A DNA stretch of 64,000 nucleotides from the NCBI GenBank assembly GCA_043822925.1, contig JBDRBF010000002.1, positions 34,840-98,839 of the forward strand. The letters are read 5' to 3'. The translations under genes were made by a program, and so were the position numbers. The stretch's first letter is position 1, and each line of letters opens with the position of its first letter. The notes under the pieces were generated by a model. That model was not told the origin of the DNA. It saw only the letters and a program-made list of their open reading frames with translations, and did no database searches. This DNA is from a bacterium. GTDB taxonomy: Bacteria; Babelota; Babeliae; Babelales; RVW-14. This document shows, in pieces, positions 8,717-18,804 of this stretch.

Positions 8717-8778
8717 TTGTCATCCTGGACTTGCCTGCCATTCGGAGCCACTTGGGCGTAGTAGAGATCCGGGATCCA
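8717..8778 (+). repeat. Family-A palindrome with a family-B element (8734-8766) in its loop
   Basis: ttgtcatcctggacttg-[cctgccattcggagccacttgggcgtagtagag]-atccgggatcca; removing the insert restores a clean A copy. Confidence 0.9.
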
Positions 8779-8809
8779 TCCTGTTCTTAATATATTGTCT
8801 GTTTAATTT

Positions 8810-8836
8810 AGGGCCCACATCGGGCCTCTTTTTTTT
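8810..8836 (+). terminator. Probable intrinsic terminator
   Basis: gggccc-acatc-gggcct followed by a T run, downstream of the HAD gene. Confidence 0.55.
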
Positions 8837-8880
8837 GAGTTTATGGGGCTGTTAAGAAATAAGATTTATATATTAAAAAA

Positions 8881-8905
8881 CGCTCACCCTGAGCTTGTCG
8901 AAGGG
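8881..8905 (-). repeat. Family-C palindrome, uninterrupted reference copy
   Basis: Reverse strand reads cccttcgacaagctcagggtgagcg; related to copies in gpsA, tolB, polA and before tsaD. Confidence 0.9.
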
Positions 8906-8912
8906 TTCTCCG

Positions 8913-9563
8913 TTATTTGTATGTTATATCAAAAATAAGTAGGCTTGTGTGGGCGATAAGAAGAGCTGTGTAATACTGCTTGAGAGTGTCATTTTTAGCG
9001 CATACTATTTCTTGAGCTGATCTGGTAATTCCATCAAGTGCTTTAAATAGGCAATCTAATTCTTCTGGAATATTTGTTGTTATAGATAGAGCTGTCGTTG
9101 TAATTATTTGGGCTTTGGCTGTTGTATCAAGAATAGATAAAATTGTTTTTTTTAGTTTTTCTTGGGCATCTGGTAATGTGTCTTCTTGTGTGGGAAAAAG
9201 AAGTTCGGCGAGTTTATTGAGTATTGGCTCCGGAATAAAATTTGAGATAAAATTAAGAGCATCGATGGCCATCCAGATAAGAAGATATTTTTGTGATTTG
9301 TTGTTTTTGTGATTTATTTGGTTTTTGTATAGCGTGAGGCCTTTATTAATGGTAGATGCTCCGTCGCGTATTGTTTTAATGATGGGAGAGCTTGGTTTGT
9401 TACTGGTTGTAATAGTTATTCCTCGTGTGACTGCGTTGGTGAGTGTTATTGTGTCCAGATCGATGGCTTTTAGCGTAAAATTTGGGGCCAAAGTAAGCGT
9501 GAAAACGAGCCATAAAAGCCTGTTTAATTGGGTAATTTGATAAAAAACACTTTGTTTATTCAT
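8913..9563 (-). CDS. Hypothetical protein, probable signal peptide
   Basis: 216-aa ORF with a hydrophobic N-terminus; no motif recognised. Confidence 0.65.
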   Translation of the reverse strand: MNKQSVFYQITQLNRLLWLVFTLTLAPNFTLKAIDLDTITLTNAVTRGITITTSNKPSSPIIKTIRDGASTINKGLTLYKNQINHKNNKSQKYLLIWMAIDALNFISNFIPEPILNKLAELLFPTQEDTLPDAQEKLKKTILSILDTTAKAQIITTTALSITTNIPEELDCLFKALDGITRSAQEIVCAKNDTLKQYYTALLIAHTSLLIFDITYK

Positions 9564-9673
9564 ATTTATTGTTATTTCTTGGTAAAAATTTAAACTTTTT
9601 ACTCTGACTCTGGATGCATTTTGGCTTATTAATGCGTATTAATACAAGAGTTTAAGATAAAAGGGGCTTGAGT

Positions 9674-10267
9674 ATGTTGGCAAATACTAATTTGGAACTT
9701 ATTTGGTTTAAGCAAATTTTGGCAAATCAAGATTTGGTGAGCAACCTTGAAAATATTACGCTTATTATAACAGATGTTGATGGTTGTTTGACTGATGCCA
9801 ATATCGATTATACTTGTGATCAGGAGTTTTCTCGTCGGTTTTCTATACAAGATGGCTTTGCAATTGAACAAGCATTAAAAGCGGGACTTCTTGTCGGCTT
9901 TATGAGCGGCAAAGCACATAGTTCCAGTAATATGCGTGCTCAGAAGCTTGGAATTCCGGAAGATTTAAATTTAGGTGGCAAAAAAGATAAAGTAGTCGCT
10001 CTTAAAACTATTTGCGAATCTCGTAATATAAATATGCAAAATATTTTGTTTTTTGGTGATGATTGTTACGATGCGCGTGTAAAGCTTGCCGTTCCAGAGA
10101 TTATTTTTGCTACGCCGAGTAATGCGCCTTTTTATTATCAAAATATTGCTAATATTGTTTTGCCTAAACAGGGTGGCCAGCATGTCTTTAGATTATTACT
10201 TGATTTAGTTTTGTATGTTCAAAAAAAGCATTTTTCTCAAGAACTAATCGATCGGCTTGTGCGGTAA
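9674..10267 (+). CDS. kdsC: KDO 8-phosphate phosphatase (HAD, KdsC family)
   Basis: DVDGCLTD, RFSIQDG, FFGDD..D and GG motifs. ATG 9674 follows AAGGGG (ORF track starts at 9668). Confidence 0.85.
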   Translation: MLANTNLELIWFKQILANQDLVSNLENITLIITDVDGCLTDANIDYTCDQEFSRRFSIQDGFAIEQALKAGLLVGFMSGKAHSSSNMRAQKLGIPEDLNLGGKKDKVVALKTICESRNINMQNILFFGDDCYDARVKLAVPEIIFATPSNAPFYYQNIANIVLPKQGGQHVFRLLLDLVLYVQKKHFSQELIDRLVR

Positions 10268-10902
10268 TGCGTATATCTAAAAAAAATATAGTTTTGATTT
10301 TTGTAGGCATACTTGCACTTTGCAGTACGCTTGGTTACTTGATAAGTAAGCGCAATCAAGATCTCAAGATAGCTACTAACACTGCGCAGCTTATTCGTTC
10401 AGAAGGGCAAGCAAGTAGTGTGAAAATTGAGCAAGATGCGGATATTGTTATTCGTGGTATAAAGTTGCAAGAAATGCGCCACGAAAAAAATAAAGATTAT
10501 ACATTGTTCATGAAGGCTAAACAAAGTTCTTTTTCTCATGTTTCTAACGAAATGGATTGTCGTGATGCTGTTTGTACGGTTGTGGACAAAACAGGCACGA
10601 TAGCTCAATTTAAAGCAGATATTTCTTTGGTTGACCGTGAAAAACAGGGAGTTACTTTCCCGGGGCAAGTTGTTGGTAGGTTTGGCGACTATCGTATTTT
10701 AGGGCGCAATGCTTATTACGATCCGACGAAAAATAATATTGAATTTAAAGATCTTTTTTATGGCACGTATAAAAATGTAAAATTTTTTGCACACCAGGGT
10801 TCTTTCGATCTCAAAACCAAATCGATATCTTTGGGCAATGGCGTGCGCACTGAGATTGAGATCCCCGAAAAAGATAATAAAGACTGGAATATTGGTTTTT
10901 AA
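10267..10902 (+). CDS. lptC: LptC-like LPS export protein
   Basis: Single N-terminal TM helix plus a beta-rich domain; translationally coupled to kdsC (TAATG), the usual kdsC-lptC order. Confidence 0.6.
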   Translation: MRISKKNIVLIFVGILALCSTLGYLISKRNQDLKIATNTAQLIRSEGQASSVKIEQDADIVIRGIKLQEMRHEKNKDYTLFMKAKQSSFSHVSNEMDCRDAVCTVVDKTGTIAQFKADISLVDREKQGVTFPGQVVGRFGDYRILGRNAYYDPTKNNIEFKDLFYGTYKNVKFFAHQGSFDLKTKSISLGNGVRTEIEIPEKDNKDWNIGF

Positions 10903-11420
10903 TTTCGAACAGGTATCTTTATAATAATTGGTTCATGTCCTATTTTTTGCATGCAGGTTAAAAAGTCTTCTGGGCGTAAGCCAATTGTCATATTGTTTTT
11001 AAGTGGGTGAAAGTTGACGTATGTAGACGTCATGAAATCTTGGTCTAAAACAAACGTAACTTTTTTTTCTTGATCAAACATGAGCCCAAATGGCGTGACT
11101 GAACCTGGTTCAAGCTTAATAAGCTCGAGCATATTTTCTGCTTTTCCAAAAGAAAACCGGCCACATTCTAGTTCTGTGCTTAAAGCTTTTAGGTCGACTC
11201 GTTTGTGTTCGTCGATACTTACTAGATAAAAAGTATTTTTTGTGTCTTTTAAAAATAGATTTTTGGATTGCATGCCTGGGATCTCGTCAAGATCGCTATC
11301 TATTAAAATTGGTTTTTCGTCTGAGGTGAACACTGCTTGATGCTTGTAAAGTGTGTATTTAATATTGTTGGTGTTCAGGAAATCGAATACTATTTTTTCG
11401 TTTATCATATTATCTTTCAA
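10899..11420 (-). CDS. YbaK/ProX prolyl-tRNA editing domain protein
   Basis: KNLFLKD, PGSVTPFGL and NFHPL.N motifs. Confidence 0.92.
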   Translation of the reverse strand: MKDNMINEKIVFDFLNTNNIKYTLYKHQAVFTSDEKPILIDSDLDEIPGMQSKNLFLKDTKNTFYLVSIDEHKRVDLKALSTELECGRFSFGKAENMLELIKLEPGSVTPFGLMFDQEKKVTFVLDQDFMTSTYVNFHPLKNNMTIGLRPEDFLTCMQKIGHEPIIIKIPVRN

Positions 11421-12564
11421 GAAGATCCGTCAGAGATTCAAGTCCTTGGGCTGTTATTTTTTCTGTTAACGGAAAAGTAACTTTGCCTGGATATATAACG
11501 GTAAGATGGTCAAGTTTAAGGTCTGCCAGGGCAATTTGCATAGACTTTGTGGTGCGAGGAACATCGGCGTACTTGAATTCAAAGCCGAGCCTCTTTCCAT
11601 GTTTAATAATAAATAAGTCTAATTCGGCATCAGAGTGGGTTGCCCAAAAAAAAGATTCCTCAGGGCTTGCATCATAAATTCTCAGTACTTCTTCCAACGC
11701 AAAGCCTTCCCAAAAGGCGCCCAGACGAGGATGAGTATCAAGTTCTGTTGCATCTTTAATATTAAGTAGAGCATGTAAAATGCCACTGTCTCTAAAATAA
11801 ATTTTTGGGGATTTTACCTGTCTTTTTTGAATGTTTTCAAACCATGGGGACAACTCTCGAATCATGAACGTTCCGGCTAAGATATCAAGATAGCTACGCG
11901 CGGTATGATCAGAAACGCCTAAAGACCGTGATATCTCGCTTGCATTAAAGGTTTGGCCATGATAATGCACCAACATAAGCCAAAAACGACGCATTTGCAG
12001 CGGTGGAATATTAAATCCAAGATTAGGAATATCTCGTTCAAGAAATGTTTTTATATAATTTTGTCGCCAAAGAAGGCTATCAGATTCGTTTAATGCTAAA
12101 TAAGAAAGAGGAAAACCACCTCTCAACCAAAGTTGTGAGCTATTCTTGGTTTCATTTAAAGAAAATGGTGGCAATTCAATATACCCAATACGGCCAGCCA
12201 GAGTTTCTGATGATTGTTTAATTAAGTCGCGTGAAGCACTTCCCAATATTAAAATTTTGTACTTATGTGAAGGATCATCAACTAAGACTCGAAGAATGGG
12301 GAAAAGGTCTGGTCGCATCTGGATCTCATCAATGACGATAAGTTTTTCTGGATCTGATGAAAGTGCAAGCATTGGGTTATCCAGGCGGGCAAGATCTAAG
12401 GGGTTTTCCAAGTCAAAAAAACGAGCAATCCCGCCCATTTTTTCTTGAACAAATGTTCGGGCGAGGGTTGTTTTTCCAACCTGACGTGGGCCTAAGATGG
12501 CACAAACTGAATGAACGCGAAAATTCTGTTCAATTTGTTGTAAATAATGCTCTCTTCTAACCAT
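11410..12564 (-). CDS. AAA_14 ATPase with DUF4143 and a C-terminal nuclease-like motif
   Basis: GPRQVGKT, IDEIQ, LGSAS, KSPKIYFRDSG and ELD...GFEFK motifs. Confidence 0.92.
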   Translation of the reverse strand: MVRREHYLQQIEQNFRVHSVCAILGPRQVGKTTLARTFVQEKMGGIARFFDLENPLDLARLDNPMLALSSDPEKLIVIDEIQMRPDLFPILRVLVDDPSHKYKILILGSASRDLIKQSSETLAGRIGYIELPPFSLNETKNSSQLWLRGGFPLSYLALNESDSLLWRQNYIKTFLERDIPNLGFNIPPLQMRRFWLMLVHYHGQTFNASEISRSLGVSDHTARSYLDILAGTFMIRELSPWFENIQKRQVKSPKIYFRDSGILHALLNIKDATELDTHPRLGAFWEGFALEEVLRIYDASPEESFFWATHSDAELDLFIIKHGKRLGFEFKYADVPRTTKSMQIALADLKLDHLTVIYPGKVTFPLTEKITAQGLESLTDLLER

Positions 12565-12570
12565 AAATCT

Positions 12571-12607
12571 CCTTGTAATTTCGAAGTCTAGGTTCGAGAT
12601 TACAAGG
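12571..12607 (-). promoter_or_regulatory. 15-bp inverted repeat overlapping the RBS of the DUF4143 ATPase
   Basis: ccttgtaatttcgaa-gtctagg-ttcgagattacaagg (14/15 matched); the AAGGAG SD overlaps one arm. Confidence 0.6.
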
Positions 12608-12706
12608 ATAAATTGGAAAAATCAATAAATAACGCGAGTTTTTAAGAAAAACTGCTTTTTAGCTGAGATTGAAGATAGCTTAAGTCGATGCATAGGTTTA
12701 TTTGTT

Positions 12707-13477
12707 CTATACGATGGTTTTTTTTGAAATTAAGCACATATCATTATATGAATCTTTAGTGTTAAAACCAATTTTTTCATACAAGGGCTTGCCCTCGGAC
12801 GATGCCAGTAGACATATTTTTTTGATTTTTTTGGCGTCAAGTGTCTGTAATGTATAGCACGATACGGCTTTTCCAATCCCTTTTTTTCGATACGCGGGGA
12901 GGGTTCCGACAAACTGCAGGGCGGCACTATCGGGGTAAACAACCAGCATGCTCGTTGCAACAGGGGTATTTTGCCAATAACCAATAAAAAATTTAATGTT
13001 TTTGTGTTGTTCTGTTTTTTGTAGGTATTGGATAAATTGACTGCATTCTTTTTCACTGTCTGTTATATCGTATGCTTGGGTAACAAGTGGGACCCACGTA
13101 TTAAAAATAGTGGCTTGGTCAGTTACTTCTTGAACAGAAATGTGTTCGTTTTTTGTGTAAGGGGCAATGGCGCTATGTTCTGCGGTCATAGCAAGAGACG
13201 ATAGTATTGTTTTGAACCCATGTTCTTCTAGTAATTGTATCCCTTCTTTGTCCTGTTCAGATATGGTTATTGTGTATGGTGTCGGTCCAAAATAAGCATT
13301 CAAGTTTTGTAGATCTGTTGATGTAAAAGGGGCGGTAATCATTGCTATATTCCAGAAGGGGAAGGGGTTTTTGCTATTAAAGGCACGTATGCTGTCTGAA
13401 TGAAATTCTGTGGCAGGATCAAGCCCCAGAAAGACAAGTGTGTGAGCGTAACTTTTTTGTATAGAATTTTTTATCAT
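12707..13477 (-). CDS. GNAT family N-acetyltransferase
   Basis: VGTLPAYRKKGIG and LYEKIGF motifs. Confidence 0.9.
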   Translation of the reverse strand: MIKNSIQKSYAHTLVFLGLDPATEFHSDSIRAFNSKNPFPFWNIAMITAPFTSTDLQNLNAYFGPTPYTITISEQDKEGIQLLEEHGFKTILSSLAMTAEHSAIAPYTKNEHISVQEVTDQATIFNTWVPLVTQAYDITDSEKECSQFIQYLQKTEQHKNIKFFIGYWQNTPVATSMLVVYPDSAALQFVGTLPAYRKKGIGKAVSCYTLQTLDAKKIKKICLLASSEGKPLYEKIGFNTKDSYNDMCLISKKTIV

Positions 13478-13503
13478 GATCTTCTCAATTTAATTTATAG
13501 AAA

Positions 13504-14169
13504 TTAAATTCTTCTGCAGGCAACAATAGCTGAAATAGACGCGGGTTTAAAGTGCGCAATAATTTGTGCGGCGTTTTTGAGCGTTTCGCCGGTAGTGCAC
13601 AGATCGTCGATAATAATAATTTTTTTGTTTTCTAAGCTTGGTGCTTTTTGTAAAATTTTGAGCAATTTGTATTTCCAGTGAATAGAAAACACGTTTTTTA
13701 CGTTTTCCTGTTTTTCTTTTTTTGTTAAACGAGACTGAAACTGTGTGTGTGTTTTGCGTCCGAGTAAATTAATTATTGGGGTGTTTGTTTTTTTGCTTAT
13801 AACGCGTGCCATTTCGTGAGCTTGATTAAAGCCTCTGTAGGCGTAGCGGCGCCAGTGTAGTGGGATTGGGATTATAAAATCGGCGTCTAGGTGATTTGAG
13901 GGGATTATATCGAGCATAATATTGGCAAGCTGTCTGTTGGCGTTTATGTCTTCTGAGAATTTTCTTAAAATGAGTGTGCGTATTGGTTCTTCGTACGATG
14001 CTGCTGCATGTACTGGTAACGTATATGTTTTATTAATGGGCAATAAGAGAGAGACGACCGGTTTAATTTGGGCGACACATGCTGGGCAAAATACAAGCTT
14101 TTCTGGAACCAGTTGCTTGCAGCTGGCGCACGTTGATGGGTAAAGCATTTGAAGTATGTAGCGGAGCAT
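13504..14169 (-). CDS. comF: ComF family protein (Zn ribbon plus PRTase)
   Basis: CxxC...CxxC, PIPLH..R...RGFNQ and IIDD..TTG.T motifs. Confidence 0.92.
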   Translation of the reverse strand: MLRYILQMLYPSTCASCKQLVPEKLVFCPACVAQIKPVVSLLLPINKTYTLPVHAAASYEEPIRTLILRKFSEDINANRQLANIMLDIIPSNHLDADFIIPIPLHWRRYAYRGFNQAHEMARVISKKTNTPIINLLGRKTHTQFQSRLTKKEKQENVKNVFSIHWKYKLLKILQKAPSLENKKIIIIDDLCTTGETLKNAAQIIAHFKPASISAIVACRRI

Positions 14170-14269
14170 GTTGTTTGACCAAAATTAATTATTTTAATGT
14201 TATTGTAAGTAGTGAGTGCGCTCTTGAGTACGTTTTCTTGTTCTTTAGTCTGGTGGTTTTGACCTTAGG

Positions 14270-14761
14270 TTATTTGGCGATCCAAAAGACGAGCTGGAAA
14301 AACAGGTTAATAAAAAGACCAGTTAGTGTCGGACCAGCAAGAACGCCAAGGGCTCCAGGTAATCTTTCTAGATTTATGTCCCAGAGGCGGTGCAAAATAA
14401 AAGGGCGTAAAAAGTTGAGCAGCGTAAAGAAAAAGAAACCAACTGATATTATTTTAAATCCAAGTGGGATGCTCCAGAAAACGATAATAAAGCCAAGAGC
14501 TCTATCAAGGACCAGAACAGAAGAGTCTTTATCTGTGGGATAGGCAAGTGCGTAGTGAATAGTAAAGATGATACTAAGTATAGCGCAGGCAGCGATAATC
14601 CAAAAAAGGGTTGCATTGAACCAGTATAAAATTTGTATTAAATAAAGAAGAGGCGTTAAACATAGGGTAGCTATTAGGCCACCAAGTGCAAAATGTCCAA
14701 GTGGGCCAAGGGTTGCGGTTTTGAAGCAAAGTTCTCTAATTTTTAACAACATAAATTTCAT
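14270..14761 (-). CDS. pgpA: PgpA-like membrane protein, divergent
   Basis: DSSVLVLDRALG and LERLPGALGVL echo PgpA D..IV.DE and GG.G.M.DD; the acidic residues are partly lost. Confidence 0.55.
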   Translation of the reverse strand: MKFMLLKIRELCFKTATLGPLGHFALGGLIATLCLTPLLYLIQILYWFNATLFWIIAACAILSIIFTIHYALAYPTDKDSSVLVLDRALGFIIVFWSIPLGFKIISVGFFFFTLLNFLRPFILHRLWDINLERLPGALGVLAGPTLTGLFINLFFQLVFWIAK

Positions 14762-15203
14762 ACATATTTTTTAAGATTATACCAAAAACTCCTACCACGA
14801 CGAAGATATCAGCTACATTGAACGTAGGCCAGTACCAAGTTTGCAGGTGGAATTCTAAGAAGTCGAGCACGGCTCCATATAAAAAACGGTCCACTACGTT
14901 TGATAGTGCTCCGGCCAGAACCATTACCTCAAACATGATGTTATGACGATTTTTGAGTTGAATTAACGTGTAGATACTAAAACAGACGATAACACACAGG
15001 ATAAAAGCCGTCAATAAGCTTTTGCCAAGCATTGAATCAAACGATAAAAGGCTCCAGCTTACGCCTTTGTTCCAGGCGATTGAAAGATTAAAATAGTCGG
15101 TAATTAGTTTTGGTTCTGTTATATATTTTAAGATGCAAAGTTTTGAAATTCGATCGAGCAAGAAACAGGTAAGAAAAAAGAGTGCGTATAAAAGTTTTTT
15201 CAT
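14736..15203 (-). CDS. lspA: Lipoprotein signal peptidase II
   Basis: [21 protein letters not shown] and PTFNVAD motifs. Confidence 0.96.
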   Translation of the reverse strand: MKKLLYALFFLTCFLLDRISKLCILKYITEPKLITDYFNLSIAWNKGVSWSLLSFDSMLGKSLLTAFILCVIVCFSIYTLIQLKNRHNIMFEVMVLAGALSNVVDRFLYGAVLDFLEFHLQTWYWPTFNVADIFVVVGVFGIILKNMYEIYVVKN

Positions 15204-17581
15204 GATCGTAATTGTGCTCCAATTTTCTCAATAGCTGATATTACGGCAGTTCTGATTTCTTCTATTTCGTATCGTTCAAGCGTTTTTTCTGGATGTGAGA
15301 CTCCGAGTCTAAATGTTAGAGACCGTGAATCTGGCCACTCTTCTTTCTCGAAAAAGTCTATGAGTTGTACGTTATTAATTAAGTTTGAAGTAGCACGCAT
15401 ATTTTGTTCAAGAGTTTTTGTTGTTAATGTTAGTGGGACAAGGGCACTTATATCAAAATATGTTTCTTGAAAGCGAGAAAACGGTTTAAAGTTTTTTGTT
15501 TCGACCGGTTCTTGGAGTAAGAAATCACCATTAAGTTCAAAAATAAATGCGTCACTTTCTGGGAGCATTCCCATTTTGGCCAGGAGTGCTGGGTTGATTT
15601 TGCCGGCTGATCCAATAGTTTTTCCGTTAAGTGTTAGATGAGCTGATTGAAAAGGCATGTACCAGATGGGATCAGTAGTTGTTATTTTTTTCCAGTTTAT
15701 ATCATGTTTATCAAAACCCAATGCTCCAAAAAGTTGTGAGATCTCTTGTTTCGCTACGTAAAAATCGACAGGCTTGCGTTTTTCAAAGAATATGCCTGCG
15801 ATGCTTTTTTGTTCTAGTGCGCAATCGGGATTTGTACTGTTTTTTTGTACGGGCCAGATGCGTCCAGATTCAAAAAAGTTTATGCTTTCGTGATTGGCGC
15901 TATTTTCTTTAATATTTTTAAGTAACCCAGGTATAAGTGATGGGGTTAGGCGATAAAAGATTTCTGAGACGGGATTAACAATATGTATTGGCGCTTCTAT
16001 TTGTATGCCGAGCTCAGTTAAATTTTGTTCGTCGCACAGAGAGTAGTTTTGTTGCTCTATCATGTGCGAGCCATAGGCAAGCAGTTGCTTGATTTTTCTC
16101 ATGCGCATGACGGGAGATAGGTCTGATGGAACGTTAATTCGGCGTGGGAGCTCGAGAGCGATTTTCTCAGAGCCGTATGTGCGTACAACTTCTTCTAATA
16201 TGTCTTCTTTTATTTTGACGTCTTTGCTCGACCGGAACGTTGGCACGGTTATTGTATAAATTAGTGGTTTTTTAGATTTTATTGTAACGCCAAATTCGAG
16301 TGGAGAAAGTAATTTTTTTATTTCGCCAGGTGTTAATTTGATGCCAGATCTGTTTTCAAGAAATATATGATCGATTTCTATTGTTTCTTGTGGGGCTGGA
16401 GTGCCAACTGAGACTATTTCGTGAGCTGTTTTTATTTTGAGTTTATATTGTTTGGCTAAGTTAACAAAACGCATGATGGCTTGAATAGCTTGATTTGGAT
16501 CAAGTGATTTTTCAAATCGAGATGAGGCATCGCTTCTGGTTTTATGTTTGAGCGCCGTCTTGCGCACGGTGCCTGGGTCAAAGTTTGCTGATTCAAAAAA
16601 GAGTGACGTTGTTTGAGCGTTTATAGAATCGTGCAGTCCGCCCATAATGCCGGCTAGTCCAATAGCTTTTTTTTCGTCTGCTATAACCAGGTCTTGAGGT
16701 GTGAGCGTTAGCTCATTACTATCAAGTAAGATTAATTTTTCGTCTTGTTTGGCCATTCTTATAATAATCTTTTTTTCAGCAATTTTTTCTGCGTCATATG
16801 CATGAACCGGTTGGGACCAGTCGAGCATGACGTAATTGGTTAGGTCCACAAGACTATTAATTGGACGAGCATCAACTTTTAATAACCTGCTCATGATAAA
16901 AATATCTGACGGTTTATTTTTAATGGAGGGGATATAAAGCCCGTTAAATATTTTGCATTGTTTTTGTGCGTTATTTTCTATTATAAATGGCGTTGTTTCT
17001 GTCGTTTGTGAGCTTGTATTAAACTGCTTGCTGGTTAGCTTGGCTAAAAATTTCTTCTCAGGTAATAGGGGCAAATCTAAGAAAGCTGCTATTTCGCGGG
17101 CAAAGCCACGGTGTCCCCACATGTCAGGGCGATGAGTGATAGATTTATTGTCTACTTCTATGATAATATCTTTTTTTTCAAATTTTGTGCGCCACACGCC
17201 AGTTAAGTCTTGAGCGTCAGCGTCTAGGGCTGGAATTAGGCCGGCTTTGTCTAGTCCAAAATCAGCCAGGCTTGCCCAAGTAAAAGTTTCTCCTGTCTTT
17301 TTAACTAAATAAACACTGCTTTTTGTTTTGGCTAAAACCTGTTCTGTTGGATCTGTTCTTTGTGATATTGTAACATCTTGTTTTAATTCTGGCACATGTA
17401 CGGTGGTACTTGTTTGAGTTGTTCTTTGTGCCAAGTAAAAATTATCTAAATTTACTGATACATGGTGAACGTTTTCTATTTCGGCTGTTATTTTGTTAAA
17501 TTTTGTAGCAATTGTATTAATATCGATGTCTTGCCAGTTAGCATCTATGTGGTCAAATATCCATGCGATTGAAAGTTTCAT
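15200..17581 (-). CDS. pheT: Phenylalanine--tRNA ligase beta subunit
   Basis: [43 protein letters not shown] and a C-terminal FDX-ACB domain. Confidence 0.96.
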   Translation of the reverse strand: MKLSIAWIFDHIDANWQDIDINTIATKFNKITAEIENVHHVSVNLDNFYLAQRTTQTSTTVHVPELKQDVTISQRTDPTEQVLAKTKSSVYLVKKTGETFTWASLADFGLDKAGLIPALDADAQDLTGVWRTKFEKKDIIIEVDNKSITHRPDMWGHRGFAREIAAFLDLPLLPEKKFLAKLTSKQFNTSSQTTETTPFIIENNAQKQCKIFNGLYIPSIKNKPSDIFIMSRLLKVDARPINSLVDLTNYVMLDWSQPVHAYDAEKIAEKKIIIRMAKQDEKLILLDSNELTLTPQDLVIADEKKAIGLAGIMGGLHDSINAQTTSLFFESANFDPGTVRKTALKHKTRSDASSRFEKSLDPNQAIQAIMRFVNLAKQYKLKIKTAHEIVSVGTPAPQETIEIDHIFLENRSGIKLTPGEIKKLLSPLEFGVTIKSKKPLIYTITVPTFRSSKDVKIKEDILEEVVRTYGSEKIALELPRRINVPSDLSPVMRMRKIKQLLAYGSHMIEQQNYSLCDEQNLTELGIQIEAPIHIVNPVSEIFYRLTPSLIPGLLKNIKENSANHESINFFESGRIWPVQKNSTNPDCALEQKSIAGIFFEKRKPVDFYVAKQEISQLFGALGFDKHDINWKKITTTDPIWYMPFQSAHLTLNGKTIGSAGKINPALLAKMGMLPESDAFIFELNGDFLLQEPVETKNFKPFSRFQETYFDISALVPLTLTTKTLEQNMRATSNLINNVQLIDFFEKEEWPDSRSLTFRLGVSHPEKTLERYEIEEIRTAVISAIEKIGAQLRS

Positions 17582-17629
17582 AGTGATCGCCCATTTCTAA
17601 TCGAAAAATTGGTTTTGTAGGTGTTTGTT

Positions 17630-17658
17630 TTGTCATCCTGAACTTGTTTCAGGATTTA
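17630..17658 (+). repeat. Family-A palindrome variant
   Basis: ttgtcatcctgaacttgtttcaggattta; near-identical to 57427-57455. Confidence 0.8.
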
Positions 17659-17725
17659 TTCATTAATCTCTTTTATGTACCTGTTAAATGTACCAGTTAG
17701 AAAATTGCTGTCAAAGGCGTTTTGT

Positions 17726-17754
17726 TTGACGAATGGTAGAGAGCTCGCTATAAC
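17726..17754 (+). promoter_or_regulatory. Sigma70-type promoter
   Basis: TTGACG-17 nt-TATAAC upstream of the CDS at 17808. Confidence 0.6.
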
Positions 17755-17807
17755 TAGATAAGTTTTTAGGGTCTAAAAGGGTCTAAAACAAGGGAAAGGA
17801 GCCTGTT

Positions 17808-18716
17808 ATGAAGTCAAGAATAGGTCTATTTTTTGTCACGGTTTCGTTGTTTGGGGGGATAGTTCAGACGGCTGAGGTTTCGAGATATTCTGGTACGGCT
17901 AAAGCTGAAGTTATAAATGGGTTGCGCGCTGGTAAAAAAGTATGTGCTGCTGTTGCAACCATGTCTGATATCAAAGATTTTTTTACTACTGATAAGGCGG
18001 TAGCTCCAACGATAGTTATTCCGGCGCAGCTTGCCGAGCATATTTATAATGTCTTGTGTGCGGCGCTTGAAGAGGGCGATCTTTTAGTAAAAATCAAAAA
18101 TATTACTCTTAGGCCGGTTATGAAATCCAATCGTATTGTAACAGAAACGATAGCTCCGGATGGAACTAAAACTATAGTTAAAGAGCTAAGGGGTTTATTG
18201 GATAGTAATAAGAATATAGAGGGGCGCAAATACGCTCGCCAGGTATCAAAAGCTTTTATAAAAGAAGTTGCTCATACGACAACAGGAAAAGTTGCTGGAA
18301 TGGTCCTTGCAGGCGATGAAAACAGAATTTACAGGCGTATTTGTAAGTTGGTAGTGAATACTATTCTTGATGGTGTTATCGCTTTTTCAGTAGATTATTA
18401 TAAAAATACTGTGTCAGCAGACTTGTTGAATACTCAGACTTTGGAAAATGCCTGGAAAAAGGGATATAAAGATGCCCTTGCAACGTTTGTTCCAGCTTTT
18501 TTATATGAAATTCTTGGAGAGATGCTTATTAGTTCCATAGAGGGTGATGATGGCGTTGCGTTGCTTGATCTGCTTAAATTAAGTGGTTTGTCGTCTTATT
18601 TTACTGGCGCTAATCAAGATGGTCAGGTTGTCACGACAGAGCTTCCTGCTCCTGCTGTTGTTCAAACAGATCCTGTAGTTACTCCAGTAAGTCCTGAAGT
18701 TGTTCTCGTTGGTTAG
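17808..18716 (+). CDS. Hypothetical exported protein
   Basis: AAGGAG RBS, signal peptide, Pro/Val-rich tail. Confidence 0.8.
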   Translation: MKSRIGLFFVTVSLFGGIVQTAEVSRYSGTAKAEVINGLRAGKKVCAAVATMSDIKDFFTTDKAVAPTIVIPAQLAEHIYNVLCAALEEGDLLVKIKNITLRPVMKSNRIVTETIAPDGTKTIVKELRGLLDSNKNIEGRKYARQVSKAFIKEVAHTTTGKVAGMVLAGDENRIYRRICKLVVNTILDGVIAFSVDYYKNTVSADLLNTQTLENAWKKGYKDALATFVPAFLYEILGEMLISSIEGDDGVALLDLLKLSGLSSYFTGANQDGQVVTTELPAPAVVQTDPVVTPVSPEVVLVG

Positions 18717-18737
18717 GTATAATAAGTTTTAAGCTTT

Positions 18738-18786
18738 AAAATTAAATAAGCATGTATATTTTTGATATACATGCTTATTTAATTTT
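18738..18786. terminator. Bidirectional terminator hairpin
   Basis: Perfect 22-bp inverted repeat between convergent genes. Confidence 0.8.
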
Positions 18787-18804
18787 TTTGAGAAAAAGTT
18801 TGGC

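Noticed and set aside
17768-17788. 10-bp tandem duplication gggtctaaaa
   Set aside because: Single short slippage-type duplication in a 5' UTR with no further support.
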